Source of the DNA: Anaeramoeba ignava BMAN
Taxonomy: Eukaryota > Protista > Anaeramoebae
Reading direction: 5' to 3'
DNA length: 64,000 nucleotides
Assembly: GCA_028826165.1 (NCBI GenBank)
Contig: JAPDFW010000011.1
Span: 248,001-312,000, forward strand
Of this stretch, positions 34,264 through 47,446 are shown piece by piece (positions within the stretch are counted from its first letter, which is position 1; every line of letters begins with the position of its first letter). The notes beneath the pieces are model-generated. The model searched no databases, was not told the DNA's origin, and saw only the letters and a list, made by a program, of their open reading frames with translations. The translations under genes and the position numbers were made by a program.

Positions 34264-34314
34264 TTTTGAAATGAAAAAATGAAAAAAATGAAAAAATGAA
34301 TTTTAATTTGAATT

Positions 34315-37300
34315 TTAATTATTTTTTTTTTCATCTGAATCTAATATTATTTTTGATTCCAAATCATTTCTTGAATTAATCAAATTATTAATTTTTAAAA
34401 AATATTCAATTCCTTCATAATATCCATCTTTTTTAACTTCTTTGATTAGCTTTACACAATGAGGAGACGAGAAAACAAGAAGCATAAACTGTGCAAAATG
34501 AGAGAACACGACTCCTGGTTGTGATTCTTTGAGTTTCAAAAAGAGGAAATGAAAATGAATAAACATTTTGCTTTTTATAAAAAAATCAACAAATAATTCA
34601 ACATCTTTTTTAAGGCTTTTTTGTGGATCACGAAGATTGCTTCTTGGAAGTTTCATCTCTGGGTTTTCTGCCAATTTGCGCGAAAGACAATCATCCATAG
34701 AAAGCAATTTTGTGATGCATTTGATACTGTAAGGCAAATAGGCAGGATATTTTGTTTTGGATCCCTTTTTTGGCTTGAATGATATTCCCATCAATAAAAA
34801 CGGCTTGATTTTGTTTTTTGAAATGAGATACGAACAGAAAATATCGTTGTAATATATCATCTGATAGAAAAGTTTCCAGGAATGCTTTGCAAAAATCAAG
34901 CTCTCTTCATTCGAGCAAAACTCTTTGATTTTCTTTAAGAATTCTTCATTCTTGTAAATCAACTTCATGATCGTTTTTTCTCGAATAAGAAACCTGATCA
35001 CATCCAGAATGTCGGCTTTGAATTCGTACTCGTTTGAAGGCGAGTTTTCGATTATCAAAAGAAGACGTCCAATGTCTTCTGAAGTGATATTTATTGTTGA
35101 TAAATGGTTGTTTTTGGGATTTTTGCTTTTTATTTCTGGTTCGTTTTCAATTTTTTGCTTTTTTTGCAACTTTTGTGGCCCAATTTGCATCATTGAAAAG
35201 GAACTGTGTGATTTTTGCAATGGAGAAATTTGGCTCATTACTGATGTTTGGGGTTGTGAGTAAGAGAAATCATTGTTTGATTGATAGTGCGTATTTGAAG
35301 CCTGCAAATTTTGATTGTTTGATAAAAATCTCACGAAAGAAAGCAATAATTTCGCGAGGTTTTTCATTCCAGGAGAATAAAAATGCTGAGTTCCTATGTG
35401 TATTCTCATCAAGAGCTCTATAAGAAATGTTTCTCTTGTGATTGCAATGTGTTTAAAAGTCGAATTTACTTCGTTGGTGATTAAAAAACGGTAAATATGG
35501 CAGCACAAATCCACAACTAAACTTGAGATATGGGGTGGCAATTCAAATTTCACATCCTTTTTGAATATTAATTTGCTGACTTCCTGATTGTTTTTTTCTT
35601 GTCGTTTTTTTCTGTTGGATGTAAACTTCACATGCTCCAAACGCTTTGTTCTGTGTTTCCTCACAAACGAATATTTTTCACAACTAATCGCAGTATTCAA
35701 AGATTCGGTTCTTTTTGGACTAGCCATTGATTTCTGAACAAATTCCATTTTGGAGTGTGAAAATAAATCCTCAAATAAAACATGTGTTGCTGTTGCATAA
35801 TTCTCAGCAAAAAACACAAAAAATCTTGGATTTCTCATTGCAATCCATAGTTTATTTGAAGCTTCTTGCACGTGATGAAGCTTTGATGATCCCAATCTCC
35901 GAAGTTTGAAAATCAGTCCCACTTCGGGACTTTTTAATATCCTGAATAATTCATCACTTTCAATCTTCAAAATGTGCAATAACACAAACAAAAAATGTGT
36001 TGAAATGAACACTGATGATGAGCCAATTCCTCTGAAAACATATTTTTGAATAATTTCAGGTGATTCTGTAATCATGTTAATTATATCCACAAACAATTTC
36101 TTTATTTGATAAAGTACAAATTTTGCAATTGGTTGGAATGAATAAATACTTCTAAATAAAACATTTTCTGTATTTAATGAATCATAAATGAGCTGCAAGT
36201 AATAATGTGCTTGAATAACTTTCAAGAATTCATTTAATTGCTGATTTTCTCCAAATTTCTTGATTTTTAATTTTTAATTTTTTTAATTATTATTCAATAA
36301 ATAAATTTATTTATTTATTATTTTCTTCTTTTTACAATTTTTAATCTAAATTGAAGATCAGGAATATAAGGAAAAATATCTACAGGAATAGGTTTAAAAA
36401 AATTCATTGCATACGAAATTCTATATAAATATTTTAACTCTAAATTTTGCGTAAATTGTTCGAGTAGTGTTTTTCCTGTTATTTTTTGAAATAAATCAAT
36501 CACAAAACTGGATATTTTTGCATGAACAGAAACTGATTTGCAAGTTTCAAAAATATCCAATATTTCATGGAAATTTGTTTGTGTGATTGTTTGTTGTAGA
36601 ATATCTGATAAAGTAATTTTTCCTTTTTTTGTTGGCGTTTTCATTCTCCAATTTTTTATCATTTCAAAAAATTTATCCAAACACTAAAAAAAAATTTGTT
36701 TGTTTGTTTTAAATATTCATTTTTAGATCAATTTTTAAATTTAAATATTCACTTGTTCTGTTTGAATGAATTTTTTCAAATTTGATATATTCAAATCAAT
36801 CAATTTACGAACAATTTTCGAAGCTTTTTTTTCTGTACTTTTTTGAGTCTATATTTTGTTTTTCAATTCAATTAAATTAAATTAAATTCATTTCAATTAA
36901 ATTAAATTAATTTTTTTTTACATTTTCAGAAACATTTTTTGAATAAAATTTCTTGAATCGATTTCCATGTTCAAATTTTAGTATTTCGTTTTTTACTTCT
37001 TCAAGATATAATTTATCTTTTTTGATTTTATCAAGATTGAAAAATTCAGGAAAATTTTCTTGATTATTTAAATTACAATCTTGTATTTGATTGAAAGAAT
37101 TTTCCAATTCAATCAATTCCTAAAAATCAAAAATCAAATTTTAAAATTTAAATTAAAATTAAAATTAAAATTAAAATTTTCAAACCATTTCTTGCGATTT
37201 TATCCTTATTTGTTTTTCTATAATATTTTTTTGTTTAACTAAAACTTTTGAAAAAAATTCTTTGATTGAATCCTAAATTTAAATTAAAAATTCAATAAAA

Positions 37301-39715
37301 ATTTTGTTTTGTTTTGTTTTGTGAAAATTTTACAGAAGTTTCATTTGAAAGTTTTTTTCTTAATTCTTCTTTTGTTCTTTTTTGATTTGAAAAATTAAAT
37401 TTATAACCATTTTCTTTCAATTCTGTTTTTAAAGATGATTGAAAATTAGGATGAATCTAAAAAATCCAAAAAAAAAGAAATTTGGAATAAATTATGTATT
37501 TTTTAACCAAAAACATGAATGATTTGAAATTACAAATAATTCTTCCAAAGATTTTAGATAATCTTGAGACCAAGTATAAAAATTTCTATATAAATCTTCT
37601 GAATGGTCTCCTTCTTGAGTTAATGATATATCATTCTAAAATTTATAGTCAAATCAAATCAAATCAAAAAATAAATAATAAATCAATAATAAAAAGAATA
37701 TAAATAAATTTTTCACAGGTTGTGATTTTAAAGCAATTTGAGCTTCAAGTTGTTTTGAATGTAAAGGAATTGTTGATAATTTTGAAACACAAATTTGAGC
37801 CCATCTTCTAAATGCCCTATCATATTCAGATAAAGTTTGATAAAATTCTGGTTTTGGTTCTGGAGGAATTAAAAGAGAATTCCAAGGATCATTTTTCCTC
37901 AATATTTTTTCAATTTGATCTTCAAACAAAAAAGTGTCAAGTCTATGAAAATATTATATAAATATCTCTATATATTTTTTTAAAAAAAAATTTGAACAAA
38001 CATTTTTTCGTTTGTTGAAAAATAATTCATAAGTTCATATTCTTGTTCTGGATCTAATTCCTTTTCTTCAATTTCGTTTTCCTTTTTTGTTTGAAATTCA
38101 CTTTCACTAATAGAATCATTTAGTTGAATTTTATTATTTTGTGGATTTGGAATAGTTTCAAATCTTGCTTTTTGTTGTTCTTTATTTTTTTTTGAATTTA
38201 TTTTTTTTGGATTTATTTGGTTATCATCACTATCAATTGATTCTAAAAGAATTTTAAACAAAGAAATAAAAAAGGAGATGAATTTTGTTTTAAAATTAAA
38301 TTCCCAGTTATTTAATACCACTTAATTGAACACTTGTTATTCTAAATGAATTGAATTAAAATTAATTAATTAATTAATTAATTTGAATAAAATTGTTTTC
38401 TTTCTTTTTTTTGATTTTTAAAAAAATTTATATAAAAACCTTGGACTATTTTCATTTGGAATTTTAATATCAAAAAAATCAGCACTTTCAAATTCATCAG
38501 AAGTAAAATCAGTTTCAGTTATTTCATCACTAGAAAAAGAAATTACAGAAGATTCACTTTCAAATTCAGTTGAAGTGAGAGTAAATTGACTTGTATCAAA
38601 TTTCTAAAATATTTTCAATAAAATGTAAATAAAATATATTTCTTTTTTTGATTGATTATTTTTTATTCTTTTACATTTCTTATTCTTTGAATTGGTCTTG
38701 GATAAGCTCTTGAGATAGTTTTTGGTAATTGAAGATATCCAATATGATTTTCGACAATTTTATGCCAATCTAAAATGGCATTTTCAAACTAATATAAATT
38801 TTAATTTCAAAATGAATTTTAATTTCAAATTTTAATTTTAATTTTAATTTCAAAATGAATTTTAATTTCAATTTTAATTTTAATTTTAATTTTGATTTCA
38901 AAATGAATTTTAATTTCAAAATGAATTTTAATTTCAAAATGAATTTTAATTTCAAAATGAATTTTGATTTTAATTTAAAAATGAATTTTAATTTTGATTT
39001 CAAAATGAATTTTAATTTTGATTTTAATTTCAAAATGAATTTTAATTTTAATTTTAATTTCAAAATGAATTTTAATTTTAATTTTAATTTCAAAATGAAT
39101 TTTAATTTTAATTTCAAAATGAATTTTAATTTTAATTTCAAATTAAATTTTAATTTTAATTTCAAAATGAATTTTAATTTTGATTTTGATTTTAATTTCA
39201 AAATGAATTTTAATTTTAATTCCGAATTCATAAATACATCTTTAAATCTTTTATAGTTTTCTGGATCTGGAAACTTTGGAATTGATTCTAATTTTTTTGG
39301 TGCATATTTTTTTAATAATTCTTGTTGTTCTTCCCAATGACAATAAACTTCAAAATAAAAAAATTTTTTTTCCAAATAAAATTTCGAACAAAAAAATAAA
39401 AAATATAAAAGAAAATTAAATATAAATTTAAAAATTACATTTAGAAATATCAACATTTGAAAGTTCTGAATAATCATCATTTTTTGAAACATTTTCTAAA
39501 GAAAAAGAAAGTTTTTCTTGTGAAATTGGAAGATAATTTACATCATAAATTCCTCCATTAGAATCAACAAAATAAGGGAATTGATGTTGTCCCTTCTTCT
39601 CTTTAACGGAAATGGGTATTTTTTTCGTTTTAATTGATGGTCCTTTATAAATTCCTGTTAAAGATGTATATTTTTTTTTTGATTTTTGATTTTGAGAATC
39701 TATTGTTTTTGACAT
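34315..39715 (-). CDS. Large multi-exon helical scaffold protein, tentatively Dictyostelium Sca1/ScaA-like
   Basis: ATG at 39715 (MSKTIDSQ) and many GT-AG introns. Repeated motif FPDPENYKRFKD|FENAILDWH and DPWNSLLIPPEPKPEFYQTLSEYDRAFRRWA. Long ARM-like last exon. The family call is from recall only. Confidence 0.5.
38795..39225. repeat. Intronic hexamer-based satellite (TTTAAT/TTCAAAATGAAT)n
   Basis: Fills the intron between KRFKD and FENAILDW, and generates the spurious NF/LK ORFs. Confidence 0.9.
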
Positions 39716-40348
39716 TAATTTAATTATTTTTAAACCCAAAACTATTTTTAAATTAAAAATTAAAAATTATAAATTATAAAGAAATTTAAAATAATAATAA
39801 TAAAAAATGAAAGAAAAAAAGAAAAAATGAAAAAATGAAAAAATTTTTTGATTTTTTTTTTATTTTTTTAATCTAAAAAAAAAGATTTTGTTTGGTTTTT
39901 TTTTAAAAAGAAAAAAAATTGAAAAAAATTTCACACTCAAAAACCATTCCTAAAAAAGCAAAAAAATTAACTAGATAAAAGAAAGAATAAGATTGAATTT
40001 GATTTGAATTTTAATTTCAGATTTTGAATTTGATTTTGAATTTGGATTTTGATTTAGATTTTGAATTTAATTTTGATTTTGATTTTAATTTTAATTTTAA
40101 TTTTGATTTTTTTGATTTTGAATTTGATTTTAATTTTGATTTTAATTTCAATTTTGATTTTGAATTTGATTTTGATTTTGATTTGAATTTTAATTTCAGA
40201 TTTTGAATTTGAATTTGATTTTGAATTTGATTTTGATTTTGATTTTGATTTTAATTTTAATTTGAATTTTGATTTTGATTTTCAATTTGATTTTGATTTT
40301 GATTTAGATTTTGAATTTGATTTTGATTTTGATTTAGATTTTTGAGTT

Positions 40349-43300
40349 TTAAAAGACAATTTTCTTTTTCCCAATTTTCCAAATTTCAAGATAAAAAATA
40401 TTAAAAGAAGTTTTTGAGCATAAAGGAGGATTTTCAAAAGTTTCACAAGTTTGAGTTGAACCATGATATAAATCTCGAGTAATCCAAATTCCATAATGTG
40501 TTCTAAAAAATAAAAAAAAATCAAAATATAAATATATAAAAATAATTGTATATTTTTCTATTTTCATCTTTTTATATCAATTACACTCCTCCAAAAGCTA
40601 TAAATTCTTCATTTGAAACAACAAAACAATTATTATTATCTTTCCATCTCCAAACTTGAAATTTTGGATAAAATGAAAATAAAAACATTGAATTTGATCC
40701 ATAATAACAATATTCTTTTCTAAGTGATTCTTCGATATATGCTCCAAAAACCTTTATTCCAATTTTAAATTTATAAATAAATTTGTAATTAAATTTATAA
40801 ATAAATTTGTAATTAAATTTATAAATAAATTTGTAATTAAATTTATAAATAAATTTGTAATTAAATTTATAAATAAATTTGTAATTAAATTTATAAATAA
40901 ATTTATAATTAATTTATAAATAAATTTGTAAATAAATTTGTAAATAAATTTGTAAATAAATTTATAAATAAATTTGTAATTAAATTTGTAATTAAATTTG
41001 TAAATAAATTTGTAATTAAATTTGTAATTAATTTGTAATTAAATTTGTAATTAAATTTATAAATGAATTTGTAAATAAATTTGTAAATAAATTTATAATT
41101 AAATATTTAAATAAATTTGTAAATAAATTTGTAAATAAATTTATAATTAAATTTGTAATTAAATTTGTAAATAAATTTGTAAATAAATTTATAAACAAAT
41201 TTATAAATAAATTTGTAATTAAATTTGTAAATAAATTTGTAAATAAATTTAAACAGACTTCATTCTCTTCATTCTTAATACAAAATATTATATTATCTTG
41301 TTGTTCTGTATTTGCAAAAAATGTATGAAATGATGTTCCACTTTGATAAGTTCCATAAAGAAATTCCCAATCATATTTCCTTAAATATGAAGGTAATTCT
41401 AATTGAATCTTTTTTTTTTAAAAAAGAATAAATATGAAAATTTAAGCTTGAAATAATATTTTTTTTGCTTTGAATTTTACTGATTCGATCATTTCTTCTG
41501 TAAGAATTTTTGATTTTTTATCCAATTTAATTTTATAACGAGGTCTAATATGTCTTGGTTTTGAAACTTCAGTCTTTTTTTCTTCTTGATTATTTTCCTG
41601 TTCTTCATTTGAACCTTTTGATTTATTTCCTTCTTTTTGCTTCTTTTTACTTCTTGATTTCTTTTTCTTTTCCTTTTGTTTTTTTCTTTTAGCATCAAAA
41701 AGTTCTTCAACTAATTTTTGTCGATCTTTGAAATTTTTATTAATATATTGAGTCAATTTATTATGGATTTCTTGAATTCTAAAAATCAAGTTGAAATTAT
41801 ATTTAATTGATTAAAATTGTTTTCCTTTTTGTTTTTTTAATAATAATAATAATATACTCATCTGGTCCAGTAAAATGAAAAAGATTTCCATCTTTTAAAA
41901 CAATTTGTAATATTTTCCTTGTCATAAATCTTTAATTGAAAAAAAACAAAAATTTTTATTTTGAATTTTGAATTTTGAATTTTGAATGTTTTTAAATTTT
42001 TTTACTCATTCTTCCGAATTTTTTCTCCAGGAAGAGGAGGAAGTTGAACTATTAAAGAATCAACAATTGATTCAATTGTTGTGTGGAAAAAATATTCACC
42101 AATTTCGATATTTTCATCTAAAGAATGTTTTTGTTATTTTTTTTTGAATGAATGAAAAATAATTTGATTTTTTTTAAAAATAAATCCAATTTATCTTGTA
42201 CCATATTCAGGTTGAAAAATAAAGAAATATGGAGTCAAAGTTAAAGCTCCTTTAATTTCTAAAACTCCTTCTTTTAAAAAATTTGCAGGATGATGAATAA
42301 CTTGATCTGGACTATTTGATAAATTTTTTTTGTGACTTTTTTTTATCTTTTCTTTTCCAATTTCTTTAATTTTTTTATTTTGGATTTTTTCAATATCTTG
42401 TTTTTCAATATATTGAAAATCTTCTTGATTTTCTTGATTTTCTTCAATATTTTCAATATTTCCAATATTTTCCATATTTTCCATATTTTCAATATTTTCA
42501 ATATTTTTATCTTCTTGTTCAAAATTTTCAATCATTATAAAATCGTTATCTAATTGATCATTTTCATCCTCAATTTGAATTTGATTTTGATTTTCACTTT
42601 CAATTTGATTTTGAATTTGATTTTGATATTGATTTTCAATTTCATTTTGATTTTGAATTTGATTTTCAATTTGATTTTCAATTTCATCTCGATTTTGATT
42701 TTCAATTTCAATTTCGATTTCTTTTTCAATTTCCTTTTCAATTTCAATTTCAATTTGTTTAGGAATTTGTTTTGGAATTTGTTTAGGAATTTGTTTTTCA
42801 ATTTGTTTAGGAATTTGTTTTTCAATTTGTTTAGGAATTTGTTTTTCAATTTGTTTAGGAATTTGTTTTCAATTTGTTTTGGAATTTGTTTTGGAATTTG
42901 TTTTTCAATTTGTTTAGGAATTTGTTTAGGAATTTGTTTTTCAATTTGTTTTTCAATTTGTTTAGGAATTTGTTTTTCAATTTCCTTTTCAATTTGTTTA
43001 GGAATTTGTTTTTCAATTTGTTTAGGAATTTGTTTTTCAATTTGTTTAGGAATTTGTTTTTCAATTTGTTTAGGAATTTGTTTTTCAATTTGTTTTTGAT
43101 TTTCAATTTCATCTTGATTTTCAATTTGTTTTTCATCTTCAATTTCAATTTCAATTTCAATTTCATCTTCAATTTCAATTTCATCTTCATTTTGTTTTAT
43201 ATTTTTCTCTTTTTTTTTATTCTTAATTTTGTCTTTATTTGCAAGAAATTTTTGATAATTTTCTTGAGGAATATAAATTTTTTGATTTGGAAAAATCTAT

Positions 43301-43559
43301 AATAATAATAATCAAAAAAAAAAAGCAAAATTTTATTAATTAAAAATTTTAGTTTTTTGATTTTGCTGTTTTTGAATTTTTAATTTTATAAATGAATTTT
43401 TACAGAATTTGTAAACATGCGATTAAATGATCTTAAATCAGATGTTTTTATATAAAATTTAATCGCAATTCCAATTAAAGTTTCTCTTGGTGAAACAACA
43501 TAAACATAAGAATTTTCAGGAATAAATTTTGGAAGTGAATTTTTTGGGGGATTTGACAT
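40349..43559 (-). CDS. OXR1/NCOA7-like protein: LysM + KQI repeat + GRAM-like + TLDc (multi-exon)
   Basis: LysM YVVSPRETLIGIAIKFYIKTSDLRSFNRM..|IFPNQKIYIP. IKGALTLTPYFFIFQP. TLDc WEFLYGTYQSGTSFHTFF, FGAY, YYGSNSMFLFSF, GIWITRDLYHGSTQTCETFENPPL, LEIWKI. Confidence 0.85.
40765..41250. repeat. Intronic 12-bp minisatellite (AAATTT(G/A)TAA(A/T)T)n
   Basis: Tandem aaatttgtaaat/aaatttataaat inside a TLDc-domain intron. Confidence 0.9.
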
Positions 43560-43740
43560 TTAAATTAAGAAAAAAAAAACACAAAAAGTAACACTAACAA
43601 CAAATTAACAAAAATTTAAAAGAAAAAAAAAAGATTTGAAAGAAAAAATTAATGAGAAAAAAAAAATGAAAAAAAATTTTTTCATTTTTTCATTTTTAAT
43701 TTTTTAAAAAGAAAAGAAAAAGAAAAGAAAAAGAAAAGAA

Positions 43741-46700
43741 ATGGATTTATTTAAAAATGCAGAAAATTTAAGAGTTGATATTGAAATTGTAAAAAATGAT
43801 AAAAAAAGATATTTTCAATTTAGAGAAGTTCCAGGAGTTGAAAGATATGGAAGTGCAGTAGTTTTATATTCAAGTAATATACCAAAAAGAATAGAATTTT
43901 GGTATAAAAACTGGCGAATTGGTAAAATCAAATTTAAATTAAATTAAATTAAATTAAATTAAATCAAATTAAATTAAATTAAATTAAATTAAATTAAATC
44001 AAATTTAAATTAAATTAAATTAAATTAAATCAAATTAAATTAAATTAAATTAAATTAAATTAAATTAAATTAAATTAAATTAAATCAAATTAAATCAAAT
44101 TAAATTAAATTAAATAAAATCAAATTTAAATTAAATTAAATTAAATTAAATTAAATTAAATTAAATCAAATTAAATTAAATTAAATTAAATCAAATTAAA
44201 TCAAATTTAAATTAAATTAAATTAAATTAAATCAAATTAAATTCCTAAATCAAATTAAATCAAATTAAATTAAATTAAAATAAATTAAATTAAATTAAAT
44301 TAAATTAAATTAAATTTAAATTAAATTAAATTAAATTAAATTAAATTAAATTAAATTAAATTAAATTAAATTAAATTAAATTCAAAATTAAATTAAAATA
44401 AATTAAATTAAATTTTTTTCTTTTATTTTTTATTATAGCAAAAGTAAATATTTCTCAAAAACATTTAGTTCCAGCAAAAAACGCAACAGAATTCCCTCGT
44501 TTAAGTGGATTCTTAAGAAAACAAGGAGGAAGACATAAATCAATTAAAAGAAGATGGTTTTTATTGAAAGACTCAACCCTTTCTTATTACAAAAAAGAAA
44601 ATCAAAAAGAGCCAATTGATTCAATTGATTTGAGTAAAATCCAATTCATCTCCAAAACTAACGAACCAAACACCTTCCACTTATATACGCAATACAGAAC
44701 CTATGTTTGCATGACGGAAAATGAAGAGGAGCTTGAGTTGTGGTTTTCTATTATAAAATCAGTACTTAAATTAAGAAAACATGTTCAAAACAACTACAAA
44801 ACAATCGATAATTTTTATGGAAATCCTGAATCTTCGGTTGATGGCATAACAGAAAAAAACTATAAAACAATCACAGGAATTTCAGGTCACGGCTTGTTTT
44901 TGTATTTTGCTAAGAATTATTTAGTCAATTCTATGATAAAACTACTCAAACTCGGATTTATCCGAAAACAAGATTTGGAATACCTGAAATATTCAAATAT
45001 GCTATTAAACTGGAAAGATCCAGAATTACTGAAACTATTTATTCAACTCAACTTCTCCCGAGAAATTGATATCGATATCATCACCCTCAATCATTGGATC
45101 ACGTATTTCCAAGAAAATGAACCAAAATTAATCGATATCAGCAATCAGGAAAATTTCCCTTTCCAAGACGAAGATGGCGATAAATTCAAAAGCGAAAACA
45201 TGAAAAATATCGATTATGTTTATCAACTTTCGCAGAATTGGATCCCATCGCAAAAACAAACAAAAACACCGCAAAATCAACTGAAAATCCCTGTTATATT
45301 TTCCTTTAATAATGCAGATGAAGTCATTTCTCGTGACTACAGACTTCTTCACCAAACCGTTGATGATTGCGACAAAATAAGAGACAAAATCAATTCAACC
45401 TTAAAAGCAAATTCAATGATTAATTCCCAACTGCAGGAAATACTCAAATCAAACAGAGAAAAAAAGTCCCAATACGACAAATCGAGAGAACAAATCAAAA
45501 AAGAAAACGAACTTTTGAACGCATTAATTTCCGAATGGGAAAACCAAAAAAACCGTTTGGATGAAAAGAAGAAGGAAATTGAAGATCAAAAAATTCAACT
45601 TACTCACGATTTTTCCGATTTAAAAAGCAAGGAAAAAGACAGGATCGAAGAGCTCAACCAAGAACTCCAAGAAATTAAAGACCAGATCAAAAAACTCAAC
45701 CAAGAAATATCTCAAGAACAACAGCATTTGGCTCCAAAGCAAAAACTGTTCCAAAAAAATCAAGAAATCAAAAAAGATCGGAAATCAAAATTATCCGAAC
45801 TTGCCAAAAAACTGGAAAAATCAAATAACCAACACAAAGCCATTCAAGACGAGATTTCCAAATTAATTCAAGACACAAACTCCCAACAGGATCGAGTCTT
45901 CGAAATTAACAAAGCAAAAATTGCTGTGAATGAAAACTTGATCCAGAAAGAATCACTTCTGAATCAACAAATGGAGGAAATTTTAAAGCAGGAAAAGGAA
46001 ATTTCATCGCTAACAAAACAACTGGAAGATACTGTCCTTGCACTCTCAAATGCGCAAAAGGACTCGCTATCTCATCAAGAGGACACAGAAAAAAACCAGC
46101 TTAGATTCCAGGAAATAAACTCCAAAATTGAAATGAACCAGAAACTTCTTCAACAAGAAGAAGTTCTTCAATCGCAAATTCAAAATCTCATTTCTTCTTT
46201 GGAAAACAACGAAAATCCAAATGAAAATGAATTGAACCAAATTTTGGAGCAATTGTCTCAGTATGAAAACCAACAGGATAAAGAAATTGAGGAAATCAAT
46301 CTCCAAAATTCTCAGCTTGAATCACAAAATCTTGAATTAAATCAAAAAATCGAGGCTTGCAATAAAGAATATTCAAGCATCTCAACAGAAAATAGGAAAA
46401 GTGATATCAAAAGAATTACAATCACAAAACAACTCAAAACTGACCACCAAAAATTCGTCAACGAAACAAAACAAATTCAAGACTCTTATTCCAAAACAAA
46501 AGAAAATTTGCAATCTGTTTGTGATGTCTTGAAACAAGAAGCTTTCCGTTTAAAAAACGAGAAAGAAATGCAACCAATTTCTAATATAAATAAAGACCAA
46601 GAAAATCAAAATGCAAAAAATGATAACTCCTCAAACGAAACCATTGCGCTTATAATTTCAGACTTTGTTAATGCAATTTCCGCATTGCAATCAATTTTCG

Positions 46701-47170
46701 TCAAATATCAAAAATCAACTAATTTCGAAACAAGAAATAAAGAAATTCAAGAAATTGTTGAAAATGATTTTGCATTAAAAATCATAAATATTTTTTCTAT
46801 TGGTTTAAGATCAAACAAAACCACAATTTGGAAATTACTAGGAGCAATTTATCAGGAAATCAAACAGAAAAATGAATCAAATCATTTTGAATCAAAATTT
46901 ATTGAATATTATCAATTTTTCGACAATTTAAAAAAATATCAAAGAAAAAAAGCAGATGATTTAAAATTTCAAGTTTTTATTCAAAGATGTTTGAATAAAA
47001 AATGTATATCCCAATTTTTTGAATTGGTTTATCAGTTCAGACAAGTTTTATTAGATGAATTCTATCTTGAAGAAGAAGAAATGAAAGTTACATCAAGAAT
47101 AGTATTAGTTTTTCAACAAATGAAAAAATTATCACAATACAATTTTGATTTGAAAGAAGAAGTTAAATAA
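43741..47170 (+). CDS. PH domain + long coiled coil + C-terminal RUN-like domain. Exons 43741-43921, 44439-47170
   Basis: PH SGFLRKQGGRHKSIKRRWFLLKDSTLSYYK...ELELWFSII. RUN-like IINIFSIGL..TIWKLL..FQVFIQRCLN..EFY..LSQYNFDL. The intron is (TAAAT)n. Confidence 0.8.
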
Positions 47171-47209
47171 AAAAAATATATAATATTTTTATCAAAAAAA
47201 AAGAGAATT

Positions 47210-47293
47210 CGACGTGAACAGGATTCGAACCTGTACTCCCATCAAGAGAAACTGATTAGCAGTCAGTCGCCTTCACCTTTCGGCCACCACGTC
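47210..47293 (-). tRNA. tRNA-Ser (GCT)
   Basis: Reverse complement GACGTGG TGGCCGAAAGGTGAAGGC G ACTGA CT-GCT-AA TCAGT (long variable arm) ACAGG TTCGAAT CCTGT TCACGTC G. Downstream T9 Pol III terminator. Confidence 0.97.
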
Positions 47294-47446
47294 TTATACT
47301 CTTCTTTTCTTTTATTATTCTTATTATTATTCTTCTTTTTTTTTGCATTATTTTTAAAAAATATTTTTTGTTCTCTTTTAAAATTAAAATTAAAATTTTT
47401 TTTTTTCATTTTTTTCTTTCATTTTTTAATTTTTAAATAAATTCAA

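Noticed and set aside
38770-39256. ORFs of NF/LK/IL/SK dipeptide repeats (also 12258, 20117-20593 shadows, 22875, 40024, 42550-43302 shadows, 62187)
   Set aside because: Stop-free frames of microsatellites or antisense shadows of real coding repeats.
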